Source: an uncultured Actinomycetes bacterium
GTDB lineage: Bacteria > Actinomycetota > Thermoleophilia > UBA2241
Length of the DNA: 64,000 nucleotides
Direction: 5' to 3'
Assembly (NCBI GenBank): GCA_963709345.1
Contig: CAVPVX010000001.1
Location: 390,418-454,417, forward strand
The position numbers and the translations under genes are program-made. Below, piece after piece: positions 1-9,688 of this stretch (positions are counted from its first letter, which is position 1; each line of letters begins with the position of its first letter). The notes under the pieces were generated by a model. It saw only the letters and a list, made by a program, of their open reading frames with translations. It had not been told where the DNA came from and made no database searches.

Positions 1-178
1 CGTCGAAGAAGGCTCTCGCTGAAGAGAGGGCACGAACGCCGATGCCCTTTCCACGGGCGGGCGATGGAGCTCCGCGAGGCGCGAGACGCAGCAGGGGACA
101 GTGCGTGGCGGCGGACCAGCCGTCCATCAGGCTGTTCCGCCGCCACGCTCGAGCGCGACCAGACCAGACGGGCGAGCG

Positions 179-655
179 TCAGATCGTGGTGGTGCCCGTC
201 ATGCCGCCGCACTGGCCCGTGCCTTGACCGTTGCCGCCACTGTGGCCCAGGCCTTGACCGTTGCCGCCACCGTTGCCGGCGCCCATCATGCCGCCACCCT
301 GGCCGCTTCTGGAGCCCGGTCCAGCGCCCTCAGGCACGTCGACACCGTATTTCTCGAGAAGGCTGCGCATGTCATCCCAGTACCCGTCGCGAATCTCCTG
401 CAACGCAGCCCGGGCTTCGTCAGTCCGCACGTCCGCACCGTACTTGTCGCGCCAGGCAGCGCGGGCCTTCTCAAAGCCGCCTCGAAGGGCCTCCCGCTCC
501 TCCAGAGCCTGCGGGTCGTCGGTCAACGCGGTGCAGGCGCCGGCAGGAGCCTGGGTGCTCGGTGCCGCCGTCGCGCCCGACGCCACTGCGACCACCGACA
601 GAGCCATGACGGCCACCCCAGCGGCCACGAGGAGGGTCTTCCAGTGTCCCTTCAT
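179..655 (-). CDS. Secreted helical protein with Gly/Met/Asn-rich C-terminal tail (loosely ZraP/Spy-like)
   Basis: 158-aa ORF with N-terminal signal peptide (MKGHWKTLLVAAGVAVMALSVVAVA), GGAG RBS upstream and a GGGMMG/GNGQG repeat tail. Confidence 0.65.
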   Translation of the reverse strand: MKGHWKTLLVAAGVAVMALSVVAVASGATAAPSTQAPAGACTALTDDPQALEEREALRGGFEKARAAWRDKYGADVRTDEARAALQEIRDGYWDDMRSLLEKYGVDVPEGAGPGSRSGQGGGMMGAGNGGGNGQGLGHSGGNGQGTGQCGGMTGTTTI

Positions 656-762
656 CCTTGCTACTCCTTACTCTGCGCGGACGAGGCCGTCTTCCAGATC
701 TGCCTCCCGGCCACCATCCAGGTGGGGATTCCGCAGTTGCATGAACTAGACTAGACGCGAAG

Positions 763-801
763 TTTGAACAGCCTGTGAACCACTTCTGCCGGAGTTGTGA
801 A
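763..801 (-). promoter_or_regulatory. Four hexamers in 11-bp phase (TTCACA-like on minus strand); putative OmpR-family response-regulator site
   Basis: Plus-strand TTTGAA 763, TGTGAA 774, TCTGCC 785, TGTGAA 796; near-identical array at 27506-27544; TAGTCT -10-like hexamer at 748-753 on the minus strand. Confidence 0.6.
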
Positions 802-919
802 TCGCGTCCGGGCATGCGGGACCGGCCGGCCGCCGCCTCTGCGGCGCGAACGTCGCCCGACCGACGCCCCCCGCGCGAGGGTAGAGATGAGAGACGAACT
901 GCGACCACCGGAGGCTCCT

Positions 920-2020
920 GTGAACGAAGACGCGGTCCTGCACGCACTCTCCGCCGTCAATGATCCTGAGCTTCAGCGTGACATCGTTGATCTCGGCATG
1001 GTCCGTGATGTCGTCGTGGACGAAGGCCACATCGCCGCCACCATCGTCCTGACTACCGCGGGGTGTCCCCTGCGCAACCAGATCCGGGCGGACGCCGAGC
1101 AGGCCCTGGCAGGGATCGCCGGAGGACGCAGTGTGGATGTGAAGCTGGATGCCATGTCGGATGACGAGCGGGGCGCCCTCACCGCTCGTCTCAAGGGCCG
1201 CGACCAACTCGTGGAGTCGCTGTTCGGACCGGGCTCGGCCACTCGGACCATCGCCATCGCGAGCGGCAAGGGAGGCGTCGGCAAGAGCACCGTCGCGGCC
1301 AACCTCGCCACGGCGCTGGCAGCGACAGGGCACGCCGTGGCGCTGATCGACGCCGACGTGTACGGACCCACCATCCCACTCATGATGGGGCTCCCCTCCG
1401 TGCCGCCCGAGACGTTCAACGGCAAGATGATCCCGCCCCAGGCCCACGGCGTGAAGATCGTATCCATGGGCTTCTTCCTCCCCGACAACGAGCCTGTCGT
1501 CTGGCGCGGGCCAATGCTCGGCCGCGCCATCGAGCAGTTCCTCGGCGACGTCTTGTGGGGCAGCCCGGACTACCTGCTGATCGACCTTCCTCCAGGCACC
1601 GGCGACATTGCGCTCACGATCGCGCAGATGATCCCGGGCGCCGAGCTCATGATCGTCACTACGCCCCAGGAGGCTGCCGCACGTACCGCGGTGAAGGCCG
1701 CGAAGATGGCGCAGATGACGAAGCAGCGAGTCCTCGGGGTGATCGAGAACATGTCCTACTTCGTGTGTCCGTCCTGCAACGAGCGCCACTACATCTTCGG
1801 GCGCGGCGGCGCATTCGAGATCGCCAGGCTCATGGATACCCGGCTCCTCGGCCGCATCCCGCTGGACGAAGCAACGCGCGAGGGCGGTGACCGCGGCCTA
1901 CCGGCGGCGCTCGACCCGTCCACGCCCGTCGGCGCCGCGTTCACCGAGATCGCCAGGGCGATCGCGAGCGTCGACGATGCGTCCTCTGGGGCCTCCGACG
2001 CGACCCTCGAGGAGAGCTGA
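920..2020 (+). CDS. mrp: Mrp/NBP35 (ApbC) Fe-S cluster carrier ATPase with N-terminal DUF59 domain
   Basis: VNDPEL...DLGMV N-terminus; SGKGGVGKST Walker A; DADVYGP, WRGPM, DLPPGTGD and ENMSYFVCPSC motifs; GGAGG precedes GTG at 920. Confidence 0.93.
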   Translation: MNEDAVLHALSAVNDPELQRDIVDLGMVRDVVVDEGHIAATIVLTTAGCPLRNQIRADAEQALAGIAGGRSVDVKLDAMSDDERGALTARLKGRDQLVESLFGPGSATRTIAIASGKGGVGKSTVAANLATALAATGHAVALIDADVYGPTIPLMMGLPSVPPETFNGKMIPPQAHGVKIVSMGFFLPDNEPVVWRGPMLGRAIEQFLGDVLWGSPDYLLIDLPPGTGDIALTIAQMIPGAELMIVTTPQEAAARTAVKAAKMAQMTKQRVLGVIENMSYFVCPSCNERHYIFGRGGAFEIARLMDTRLLGRIPLDEATREGGDRGLPAALDPSTPVGAAFTEIARAIASVDDASSGASDATLEES

Positions 2021-2069
2021 CCAGCGGAGCCCTCATTATACGTAGTTCCTCGTAGGTCTGACTGGGGGA

Positions 2070-3400
2070 ATGTCCCGGTCGGACGCGGTTCAGGCGGGGT
2101 GCCGCGCTGCCGACGAGCCATCCGTGAAGGCTGGCCCACAGCAGCGTGACCATGCGCGCGGCCCGGATGCGACGTCCACGCCGCGAGGCGAAGTGCGGTC
2201 GGTCCTCGCCGCGACCGCACACGACATGTGCGAAGCGGCTCGCGTCCCGTTCTGCTGCAGCAGCAGGATCGCAGGCGACTTCGCCGTCGTTGTCGCGGCA
2301 CAAGCCTCCGGGCCCCTTCAGCGCCGTCGCCGGGCGGCCTCTGGCGGCTGGACGGTGCGCCGCCGGCCCGCCAGGTGGCCACTACCGGCCAAATCGTGGT
2401 CCCTGCCAGCCACGACGACCTCCGTCTGACGCCGAGACGCCGCGAGGCGCTCGCCGGAGATGCCGGTCTCGGCAGTCTCGCCTTCGTTCCGCTCACCGCA
2501 GCCTCGGGCGTAACGGGTCTGCTGCTCCTCGGTGATCGCCGCCCCAGGAACCTCTCACAGTCGCTCCGCCGGCCCCGACCATGTGCTGCGCGTCATCGCG
2601 CACCGCTTCGGAGCGCTCTGTCGGGCTCCGATGGTCGATGTCCACGCCGTGGACAGGGGAGCGGCTGCGCCCGGTGGTCGGCTGGACGGACCGAGGCGGC
2701 ACCGTCGCCCGAGAAGGCGCAGAGCCGAGTCCGACCGAATGGCCGCTCACCGGAGCAGTGGTAGCCACCCGGCGACCGGAGGTGGTATCGACCAGGGATG
2801 ATGCCCGCCTCACGCCGGCGCAGGCTGAAGCGCTCCGGGCACGCGGCGCCTCCTCCGTCCTCATGCTGACCCTCTTCACCAACGCACGCGCCGTCGGAGT
2901 GATCGAGGTACTCGACACCCGACCCCGTGACTTCGTCGAAGCAGCACTCGAGGCACGGACGCTCGCACAGGTAGCGGCCCATACCCTGGACAAGGCGCTG
3001 CTCCTCCGGCAGCTGGAGCAGCGCAACCGGTGACTATGCGAGACCATCCGGCTCGGCGGCCGCGTCAACGAGACCGCAGACCCGGCCACGATAACCGACT
3101 TCGTCGCCAGGCAGCTGGTGGAGGCGCTGGGCGCCACGTGATGCGAGATCCACAAGGTCCAAGCCGGCGAACTGCACCGCCTCGCCGCTGCGGACGTCCG
3201 CCGCGAGCGCCGGGACCCGGAATGCGGAAGCCCGGCGCCGACGGAAGACCTCCCCAGCCGGCCGCGCGCCGCGCGCGGCCGGGACATCCTCGTCGTCGCG
3301 GCCACCGCCGACCCCAGGACGCCCGAGGAGGAGCGCCAGGGGCGCGACCGAACACAGCCGTTCCACGGGATGCGGTGGAGGACACGCCGCACCGCCCAGC
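2070..3400 (+). pseudogene. Decayed multi-GAF domain gene
   Basis: GAF-like segments (VGVIEVLDTRPRDF; ARQLVEALGAT*CEIH) resemble the downstream GAF repeats but are broken by frameshifts and in-frame TGA at 3031 and 3139; boundaries approximate. Confidence 0.6.
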
Positions 3401-3560
3401 GTCCCGCTGGAGCGCGGACGCGCGGACGCGCGGCCGCGCCCACAGGCCCACTGGCCTTCCGAACTCCACCAACACCCCATCTGCGCGTTGCCGGTGACAG
3501 CAGCGAACGACTTTGTATAGAATTGATGAGCTTTCTGTGCAACGGCCCACTCCCGACACC

Positions 3561-6500
3561 ATGACCCATATGCGCGTAGGACGAGCGAACGGAGAGGACT
3601 GGCTCCGCCTCGGCGAAGCGGCCGAAGCACTCGGCGTGAACAGCAACACGGTGAGGCGGTGGAGCGATGCCGGCAAACTGACCTGCTATCGCAGCCCGGG
3701 AGGTCACCGCAGATACCGCCGCCGGGATGTCGACTCCCTGCTGCAAGCAGAGATCGCGAGCCCGGCGACCGCGTCCTCGGCTCCTCGGCGCTCCGGGAGT
3801 CCATCGAACGACGCGCATCCAGATCAGGACCTCGCCCCGCTCATCGCGCTTGCGCGTGCCGCCGCAGACGGGGTGGGGGTCGACGCGTACCGGCTGTCGG
3901 TAGAGGGAGCACGCGAGGGATGCTGGGTGCTTGCGGCACCGAGCGGACGGGCGGACGGGCGGCCGACGATCACTACGGCCGAAGCGTTGCCGGCCGCGGC
4001 CGCCGTCCTGCGCACGGGACAGCGCATGGTGATTCCCGACGTCGCCGCGACGAGCCTGCTGACCCTCGACGAGGCCGACGCTCATCGCATGGAGGGCGAC
4101 AGGGCGGTTCTCGCGGTACCGTTGACCATACCGGCGCCCCTAGTCGGTGCGCTGGAGCTTGTCGAGCGCGGTGAACCGCGCTCCTTCGACGGCGCCGGCG
4201 TCGCGTTGGCCGAGTTCATGGCGCGGCAGATGAGCCGCATCATCGGCGGCGGGGACCCTGACGTGGCGACCCCGCCTCGCGGAACGGTGGCGGGGGACTC
4301 TCTCCCGTCACCCTTCTCCTCCGGTGGGAAGACGAGGGGCGGCGACCGGCGACCGGCGGCGAGCCGGCCTGAGGCGGATCTCGATGCGGATGCGACGCAC
4401 GCCGACGTCGAGACCCTGGTGAATGCCGCAATGAATCACCTGCGCGAGCTGACCGGGGCGGCCACCTGCACGCTGTACCGCGCCGGGAGCGAGATGATGG
4501 CGCCGTTCCCGGCAGGCGGCTCCCCCGGAGCCCTGCCGATCCGTGACGGCGCCCCTTGGCGTCTGGAGGAGTACCCCGCCGCCGCCGAGGCGGTCGCGAC
4601 CGGCGCGCCGGTCGTCTGTGGTCCCGAGGACACTCTCGAACCATCGCCCCGGACGGTGACACACCTTCTGGAATCGCGCCGGCTCGTCGGCGCCCTCCTG
4701 CTGCCTCTGGTCGTCCATGGCCAACCGGTCGCGGTCGTGGAGCTCGGCATGACGGATCCGGACGTGCTCCACGCTGCGAGAAGCGATGCGGAGTTCGCCG
4801 CGGATGTTGTGAGAGCGACGCTCGGTGTCGACGAGGTGATCGCCGACCTGCAGCGAAAGAACCGCGATCTCGGTGCGGTCATCGAGGCGAGCCTCGAGGA
4901 TGCATCGACGCTGGGCGGTGGCGGCGTCCTGCAGGCAGTGGTCAAGCGCCTCTCGAGACTCGTGCCGGCGCCCGTGACCGAGGTCTACGCCGTCGAAGGC
5001 GAGTCGCTTCGCGCTCTGATGAGCTACGACGGGAAACGCTTCGACACCGAGTGGGAGGGCATGCTCCTGCCTCTCCGCCGCTATCCGTGCAGCCGGCGCG
5101 CCGTCAAGACCGGCGAGATCGTCGTCACCACGGGGCTTGACGACGCGCTCCTGGACGACGAAGGCCGGCACTCGCTCGAGAAGTGGGGCTACCAGTCGCA
5201 GCTCTCCATGCCCCTGAGCTCGCGCGGAAGGGTCATCGGGCTGATCGAGCTGTCAGACCACGAGCCACGAGACTTCACTCCCTACCTTGAGTTGATCCAC
5301 GGCCTCGGCCAAGTCGCGTCCCGCGCCCTCGAGACCGCGTCGCTTCTGGAGCAGGCCGAGCGACGCAGCCGGATCCTCAACGAGCTCGTCGAGCTCGGCG
5401 CGCTGGCGTCCCGCTCGCGCGATCTGGACGCTTTCCTCCACGGCGTCGCGGCGCGTCTCGTCGTCGCCCTGGACGCCGCCAACTGTGACGTCTTCAGAGA
5501 CGGCACGGAAGGCCTGCGTTGCGTCGCGAGCTATGACCGCAGCGGTCACGACGAAGCCGCGATCGGCACGATCCTCGACGCCGACAGCTACCCGACGGTG
5601 ATCGCCGCCATGAATGCTCATCGACTGCTCGTCGTCTCGAGCTCCGACGACCCCAAGCTCAGCGAGCGGGAACGGCGTACCTACCGCGAGTACGGGTTCG
5701 CGAGCGAGGTGTCGATACCGCTCGTCGTCAACGACCGGCTGTACGGCATGCTCGACATCTACGACACACGGGAGCGCGACTTCGGCGAGTACCTCAGCTT
5801 CCTGCGCAACGCAGCCCAGACCGTCGCCGGCGCCGTTGAGAACGCCCAGCTCGTCGAGCAACTGGCGCACCGCTCCAGCGTCCTTCGGGACATCGTCGAG
5901 CTCGGCGCCGCGACGTCACAGGCCGCCGACCTCGGCGAGGCCCTTGCCGCACTCGCCGAAAGGACGCGCGACACCATCGGCGCGGCCGATTGCGACATCT
6001 TCACCCTCCAGGACGATCGGCTCCGCTGCTTCGTCAGCGCCAACCGCGACGGCTTCGACGCCAGCGTCGTCGGCCGCGCGCTCGACATGGAACGTTTCCC
6101 CGCCACAGAGCTGGCCGTGCGCAGCGGCCGGCCCATGACCATCAGCAGCCTCGACGATCCGCGGCTGACGAACGAAGAGCGAGCTAGCATGGGTGAGCAC
6201 GGCTACCAGAGCGAGTTGTGCATCCCGCTGATGGACGGAGACAGGGCGATCGGCCTGATCGACGTGTTCGACACGCGGCCGCGCGACTTCGGCGAGTACC
6301 TCGGCTTTCTGCAAAGCGTCGCGCAGACGGCCGCCGGAGCCATCGGGAGCACCGCTTTGCGAGACGAACTCGAGCATCGCAACACGGAGCTGGCCGACCT
6401 CGTCGACCTGGGTGAGGCGGTCTCCAGCGCCGGCGGGCTCACGGAGCTGGCGCATGCCGTCGGCCCACGAGTCGTCGCGACCATGTGCGCCGACGGCTGC

Positions 6501-7400
6501 CAGATCTTCAGTCTCCGCGGCGGCAAGCTCCACTGCGTGCTCACCTACGAAGACGGGGCGTTCGACGAAGAGTACGTGGACAAACCGCTCGACCTCGACC
6601 TGTTCCCCGGCACCCGAGACGCCATCAGCCGGCGCGAGCCCCTCGTGATCGAAAGCCCCGACGATCCGCGCCTCAGCGACTACGAGCGCGGCCTCTTCCA
6701 CGAGTCCGGGTCGCAGAGTGAGATCTGCGTGCCCTTCGCGCTCGACGGGAGAGTCGTCGGCCTCCTGGACGTGTACGACCATCGCCGGCGCGACTACGCG
6801 GAGCACCGCGGCTTCCTGATGAGGGTCGGCCAGATGATAGCCGGCGCGTTCGAGAATGCGCTCCTGATGGAGCAGTTGGAGGAGAGCAACCAGACGCTCA
6901 GGCTCCTCGTCGAGTCCGGTATCGAGTTCAGCGCGTCCCTCGACCTCGACGACGTGCTTCAGAGTGTGGCCCGAAGGCTCTGCTCTGCCGCCGGCGCGCC
7001 GAGCTGCGACATCTTCACGCTGCACGGCGACTCGATGCGCTGTGCGTGCAGCGTCGAGCGCGGCACGCCGGACACTAAGTACGTCGGCGCCGACTACCGC
7101 TTGGCCGCACTCGACCTCGCGCGACTCGCCATCGAGACGCGCCGGCCCGTCGCCGCAGCCGATCTCTCCACTGACCCGCGCGTCTCCGCCTTCGAGCGCA
7201 GGGAGGACCTCGGCTGGGGCCACCGCGCGGTGCTCGCCCTGCCGCTCATCAGCCGGGGCGACGTTATCGGCATCGCGGGGATCTACGACGACCATCCCCG
7301 CGACTTCGAGCGTCTCGACATGCTCCACGGTCTCGCCCAGGTCGCGGCCACCGCGCTCGCCAACGCGACCCTCTTCGACCGTCTCGATCGGGGCGCCTAA
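3561..7400 (+). CDS. BldC/MerR-like HTH fused to about seven tandem GAF domains; apparently the truncated 5' part of a diguanylate cyclase/phosphodiesterase gene
   Basis: N-terminal LGEAAEALGVNSNTVRRWSDAGKLTCYRSPGGHRRY; repeated CDIF...DDPRL...IPL...GLIDVFD..RDF GAF units; the frame continues past TAA at 7398-7400. Confidence 0.85.
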   Translation: MTHMRVGRANGEDWLRLGEAAEALGVNSNTVRRWSDAGKLTCYRSPGGHRRYRRRDVDSLLQAEIASPATASSAPRRSGSPSNDAHPDQDLAPLIALARAAADGVGVDAYRLSVEGAREGCWVLAAPSGRADGRPTITTAEALPAAAAVLRTGQRMVIPDVAATSLLTLDEADAHRMEGDRAVLAVPLTIPAPLVGALELVERGEPRSFDGAGVALAEFMARQMSRIIGGGDPDVATPPRGTVAGDSLPSPFSSGGKTRGGDRRPAASRPEADLDADATHADVETLVNAAMNHLRELTGAATCTLYRAGSEMMAPFPAGGSPGALPIRDGAPWRLEEYPAAAEAVATGAPVVCGPEDTLEPSPRTVTHLLESRRLVGALLLPLVVHGQPVAVVELGMTDPDVLHAARSDAEFAADVVRATLGVDEVIADLQRKNRDLGAVIEASLEDASTLGGGGVLQAVVKRLSRLVPAPVTEVYAVEGESLRALMSYDGKRFDTEWEGMLLPLRRYPCSRRAVKTGEIVVTTGLDDALLDDEGRHSLEKWGYQSQLSMPLSSRGRVIGLIELSDHEPRDFTPYLELIHGLGQVASRALETASLLEQAERRSRILNELVELGALASRSRDLDAFLHGVAARLVVALDAANCDVFRDGTEGLRCVASYDRSGHDEAAIGTILDADSYPTVIAAMNAHRLLVVSSSDDPKLSERERRTYREYGFASEVSIPLVVNDRLYGMLDIYDTRERDFGEYLSFLRNAAQTVAGAVENAQLVEQLAHRSSVLRDIVELGAATSQAADLGEALAALAERTRDTIGAADCDIFTLQDDRLRCFVSANRDGFDASVVGRALDMERFPATELAVRSGRPMTISSLDDPRLTNEERASMGEHGYQSELCIPLMDGDRAIGLIDVFDTRPRDFGEYLGFLQSVAQTAAGAIGSTALRDELEHRNTELADLVDLGEAVSSAGGLTELAHAVGPRVVATMCADGCQIFSLRGGKLHCVLTYEDGAFDEEYVDKPLDLDLFPGTRDAISRREPLVIESPDDPRLSDYERGLFHESGSQSEICVPFALDGRVVGLLDVYDHRRRDYAEHRGFLMRVGQMIAGAFENALLMEQLEESNQTLRLLVESGIEFSASLDLDDVLQSVARRLCSAAGAPSCDIFTLHGDSMRCACSVERGTPDTKYVGADYRLAALDLARLAIETRRPVAAADLSTDPRVSAFERREDLGWGHRAVLALPLISRGDVIGIAGIYDDHPRDFERLDMLHGLAQVAATALANATLFDRLDRGA

Positions 7401-8235
7401 CGCATGCGGCTCGTCGGTGAGGCGAGTCTGGAGCTCTCCTCCTCACTCGACCTCAAGGAGATCCTCGTCGCCAGGTACGGCGGCGAAGAGTTCGCGGCCA
7501 TCCTCATCGACACCTCGGAGGACGGAGCCCTCGAGGTCGCAGAACGCATCCGCTCCGGCATCGTCGAGACGCCCTTCGCCTCGGGCACGGATTCGCTCTC
7601 CATGAGTATCAAGGTCGCCGCCTGTCCCAAGGATGCGAAGTTCAAGGACGAGTTGGTCGACAAGGCCGACTGGGCCATGTACCTCGCCAAGCGAAGAGGC
7701 CGCAACAAGGTGATGACCTTCGGAGCGGAGCACGGGGTCGACACTACCGGGCAGGCGACGCTGGAGGGACCCGACCACGTCGCGGCGATGGGCGAGCTGG
7801 TCGCGGCGCGAGAGGCCTGTCGTCGGCGGCGCTCGATCGGTGCTCGCGGCACTCGCGCTCGACGTGAGCCGCGAGCTCGGCGTCGACGCCGGGGAGATCC
7901 GGGCGGCGGTGGCCCAGGCCGGCGAGGGCGAGCCGCGGAGCCGTGCGGAGCAGATCGTGGCCCTGTCGGCGGCGTATGAGGCCCTCGTCGCGGACCGCCC
8001 CTACCGGGCGCGCATCTCGGAGACCGAAGCGCTCGAAGAGGCACTCGCGTGCCCCGCGCTGACCGGCGGCGACGAACTCGGCCGCGCCTTCGAGCGCGGG
8101 CTCTCATGCCGCTCCCAGAGAGAGGCAGGCCCCGGAAGTCCCGGAAGGGATTCCGCTCCCGTCCGGCCGGCCACCGGGGCCACAGCCTCTGACTCAGCGC
8201 GGGCGCCGCGCCCGAGCGGCGCCCTCAAGCGGTGA
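7401..8235 (+). pseudogene. Remnant C-terminal half of a GGDEF domain plus an HD-GYP fragment
   Basis: VARYGGEEFAAIL...ADWAMYLAKRRGRNKV with no GGDEF N-terminal half; AYEALVADRPYRARISETEALEE (HD-GYP C-terminus) lies in another frame at 7840-8235. Confidence 0.75.
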
Positions 8236-8398
8236 TGAAGGAGCAGAGGTACTCGCCGACGTCCCTGTCGGCGCCGGAGAACTCGAGCGTCTGAAGGATG
8301 CGGCACAGCGTCTGGTCGTCGCTCACGACCGTCGCGCCGAGATGCGTGTACCTCGCCAGCACCTCATCGGCCGCCCTCTCCTTCTCCTCACGCGTCAC
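8225..8398 (-). CDS. Small hypothetical protein (57 aa)
   Basis: GGAGG RBS followed by GTG at 8398; MTREEKERAADEVLARYTHLG...; directly downstream of the amidinotransferase. Confidence 0.5.
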   Translation of the reverse strand: MTREEKERAADEVLARYTHLGATVVSDDQTLCRILQTLEFSGADRDVGEYLCSFITA

Positions 8399-8535
8399 GA
8401 TGTCCTCCCAGGGGGTTCCATATGCTCCACTGGCAGTGTCGGCCCGGGAGCACGCGAGCGCCATGGGACTCGCGTTTAGGGAGCCGTGCCCAGCCCGAGC
8501 GGGAAGGCGCGCGGGTCGCGCGCGCTCGCGCCTCC

Positions 8536-9609
8536 TCAGAAGTACGACTTCAAGGCGCCGCGCCGACGGATGTCGACGCTGGCGCAGTGGAATCCGCCGC
8601 CGATCGTCTCGAAGTCCCAGAAGGGGCACTCGATCGGGTCGAAGCCCCACTCCTTGAGCCGCCGGATGAAGCGCTTCTCGCCGGCCGACACGACCACCCG
8701 CGTCTCGTCGAGCATCACCACGTTCATCATGATCCAGCGGCTGCAGTTGTACATGGGGTGCGACTCGGGCATCTCCGGCTCGGGGCACACCAGGATGTCC
8801 CAGCCGGCCTTCTCGAACAGGTCGGGGACCTTGACCACGCGCTCGGGGTTGATCAGGAGCTTGCCGGGTGCGAGCGGCTGGAACGTCGCGTCGATGTGCA
8901 TGGGGTGGGTGTCGTGAATCTCGACCTCGTGGACGGCGTACTCGTCACCGAGGTGGCGCCGCAGCCAGTCGATGCCGAAGCGGTTGCAGCAGCTCGAGCG
9001 GGCAATGAAGACGTCGCGGCCGCACTTGATGGCGTCGGCCGCGTCGAACATGGGCTCGTACTCGGTGGGCAGGAAGCGCTGGGGTTCGTTCTCCTCCGGC
9101 GCCACGAACCCCGGCGTGAAGCTCTCGTCCGAGAGCCGCGGCGGCGGCGCAGCGACCCAGCGGGCGCCGCCGCGAAAGTACTCCTTGCAGAGCTCGCGGT
9201 ACGCGAGTCGCTCGGTGGAACGGCTCCGCCAGCCCATCGGGGCCTCGATGATCTGGTCGCCGATGACGAACAGGACGTCGCGCGGCATCAGCGCGTAGCA
9301 GCTGCTCTTGACCTGCCAGTCGGGCGTGCTCAGCGGCGCCTCGTAGGAGTACGGTTCGGGCTGACGCACCGTCACGCCCGCCTGCTGCAGCACGTCCATG
9401 AAGGCGTCAAGGTCGCGCTCGGCCTTCTTGAGCATGTCCGCGGGCCACGGCGTGCCGCCGTGCTGCTTGAAGAAGTCCCACTGCCCGCCGTCGTGCACGA
9501 CGGCGGGCATGATGACATCCCAGGGCGGCACCAGCGTGGTCTCATCGACACGCCCGACGACGATCTCCTCCAGCGGGTCCCATTCATTGTAGGTACTGAC
9601 GACGTTCAT
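8536..9609 (-). CDS. Amidinotransferase (glycine amidinotransferase / StrB1-like)
   Basis: YNEWDPLEEIVVGR, MPRD, FDAAD, PMHIDATF and GGGFHC catalytic motifs. Confidence 0.92.
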   Translation of the reverse strand: MNVVSTYNEWDPLEEIVVGRVDETTLVPPWDVIMPAVVHDGGQWDFFKQHGGTPWPADMLKKAERDLDAFMDVLQQAGVTVRQPEPYSYEAPLSTPDWQVKSSCYALMPRDVLFVIGDQIIEAPMGWRSRSTERLAYRELCKEYFRGGARWVAAPPPRLSDESFTPGFVAPEENEPQRFLPTEYEPMFDAADAIKCGRDVFIARSSCCNRFGIDWLRRHLGDEYAVHEVEIHDTHPMHIDATFQPLAPGKLLINPERVVKVPDLFEKAGWDILVCPEPEMPESHPMYNCSRWIMMNVVMLDETRVVVSAGEKRFIRRLKEWGFDPIECPFWDFETIGGGFHCASVDIRRRGALKSYF

Positions 9610-9688
9610 GCTTCCTCCTCGCGACTACATCGCGAGGGCGCCCGCGCCCCCGCGTGCCGACTGGCCATGTGCGCCCGGCTACGAGGGC

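Noticed and set aside
215-280. Tandem repeat GCCTTGACCGTTGCCGCCAC as a CRISPR-like array
   Set aside because: Only two copies, in frame, encoding the GGNGQG repeats of the secreted protein; no spacers or cas genes
3031-3141. Two in-frame TGA codons in a GAF-like frame as possible selenocysteine
   Set aside because: They align to non-Cys positions of the paralogous GAF repeats, no SECIS-like hairpin is evident, and the region also has frameshifts; simple decay explains them
7398-7400. In-frame stop in the GAF gene as a recoding event
   Set aside because: It is TAA, not TAG, and the downstream GGDEF domain is itself partly deleted
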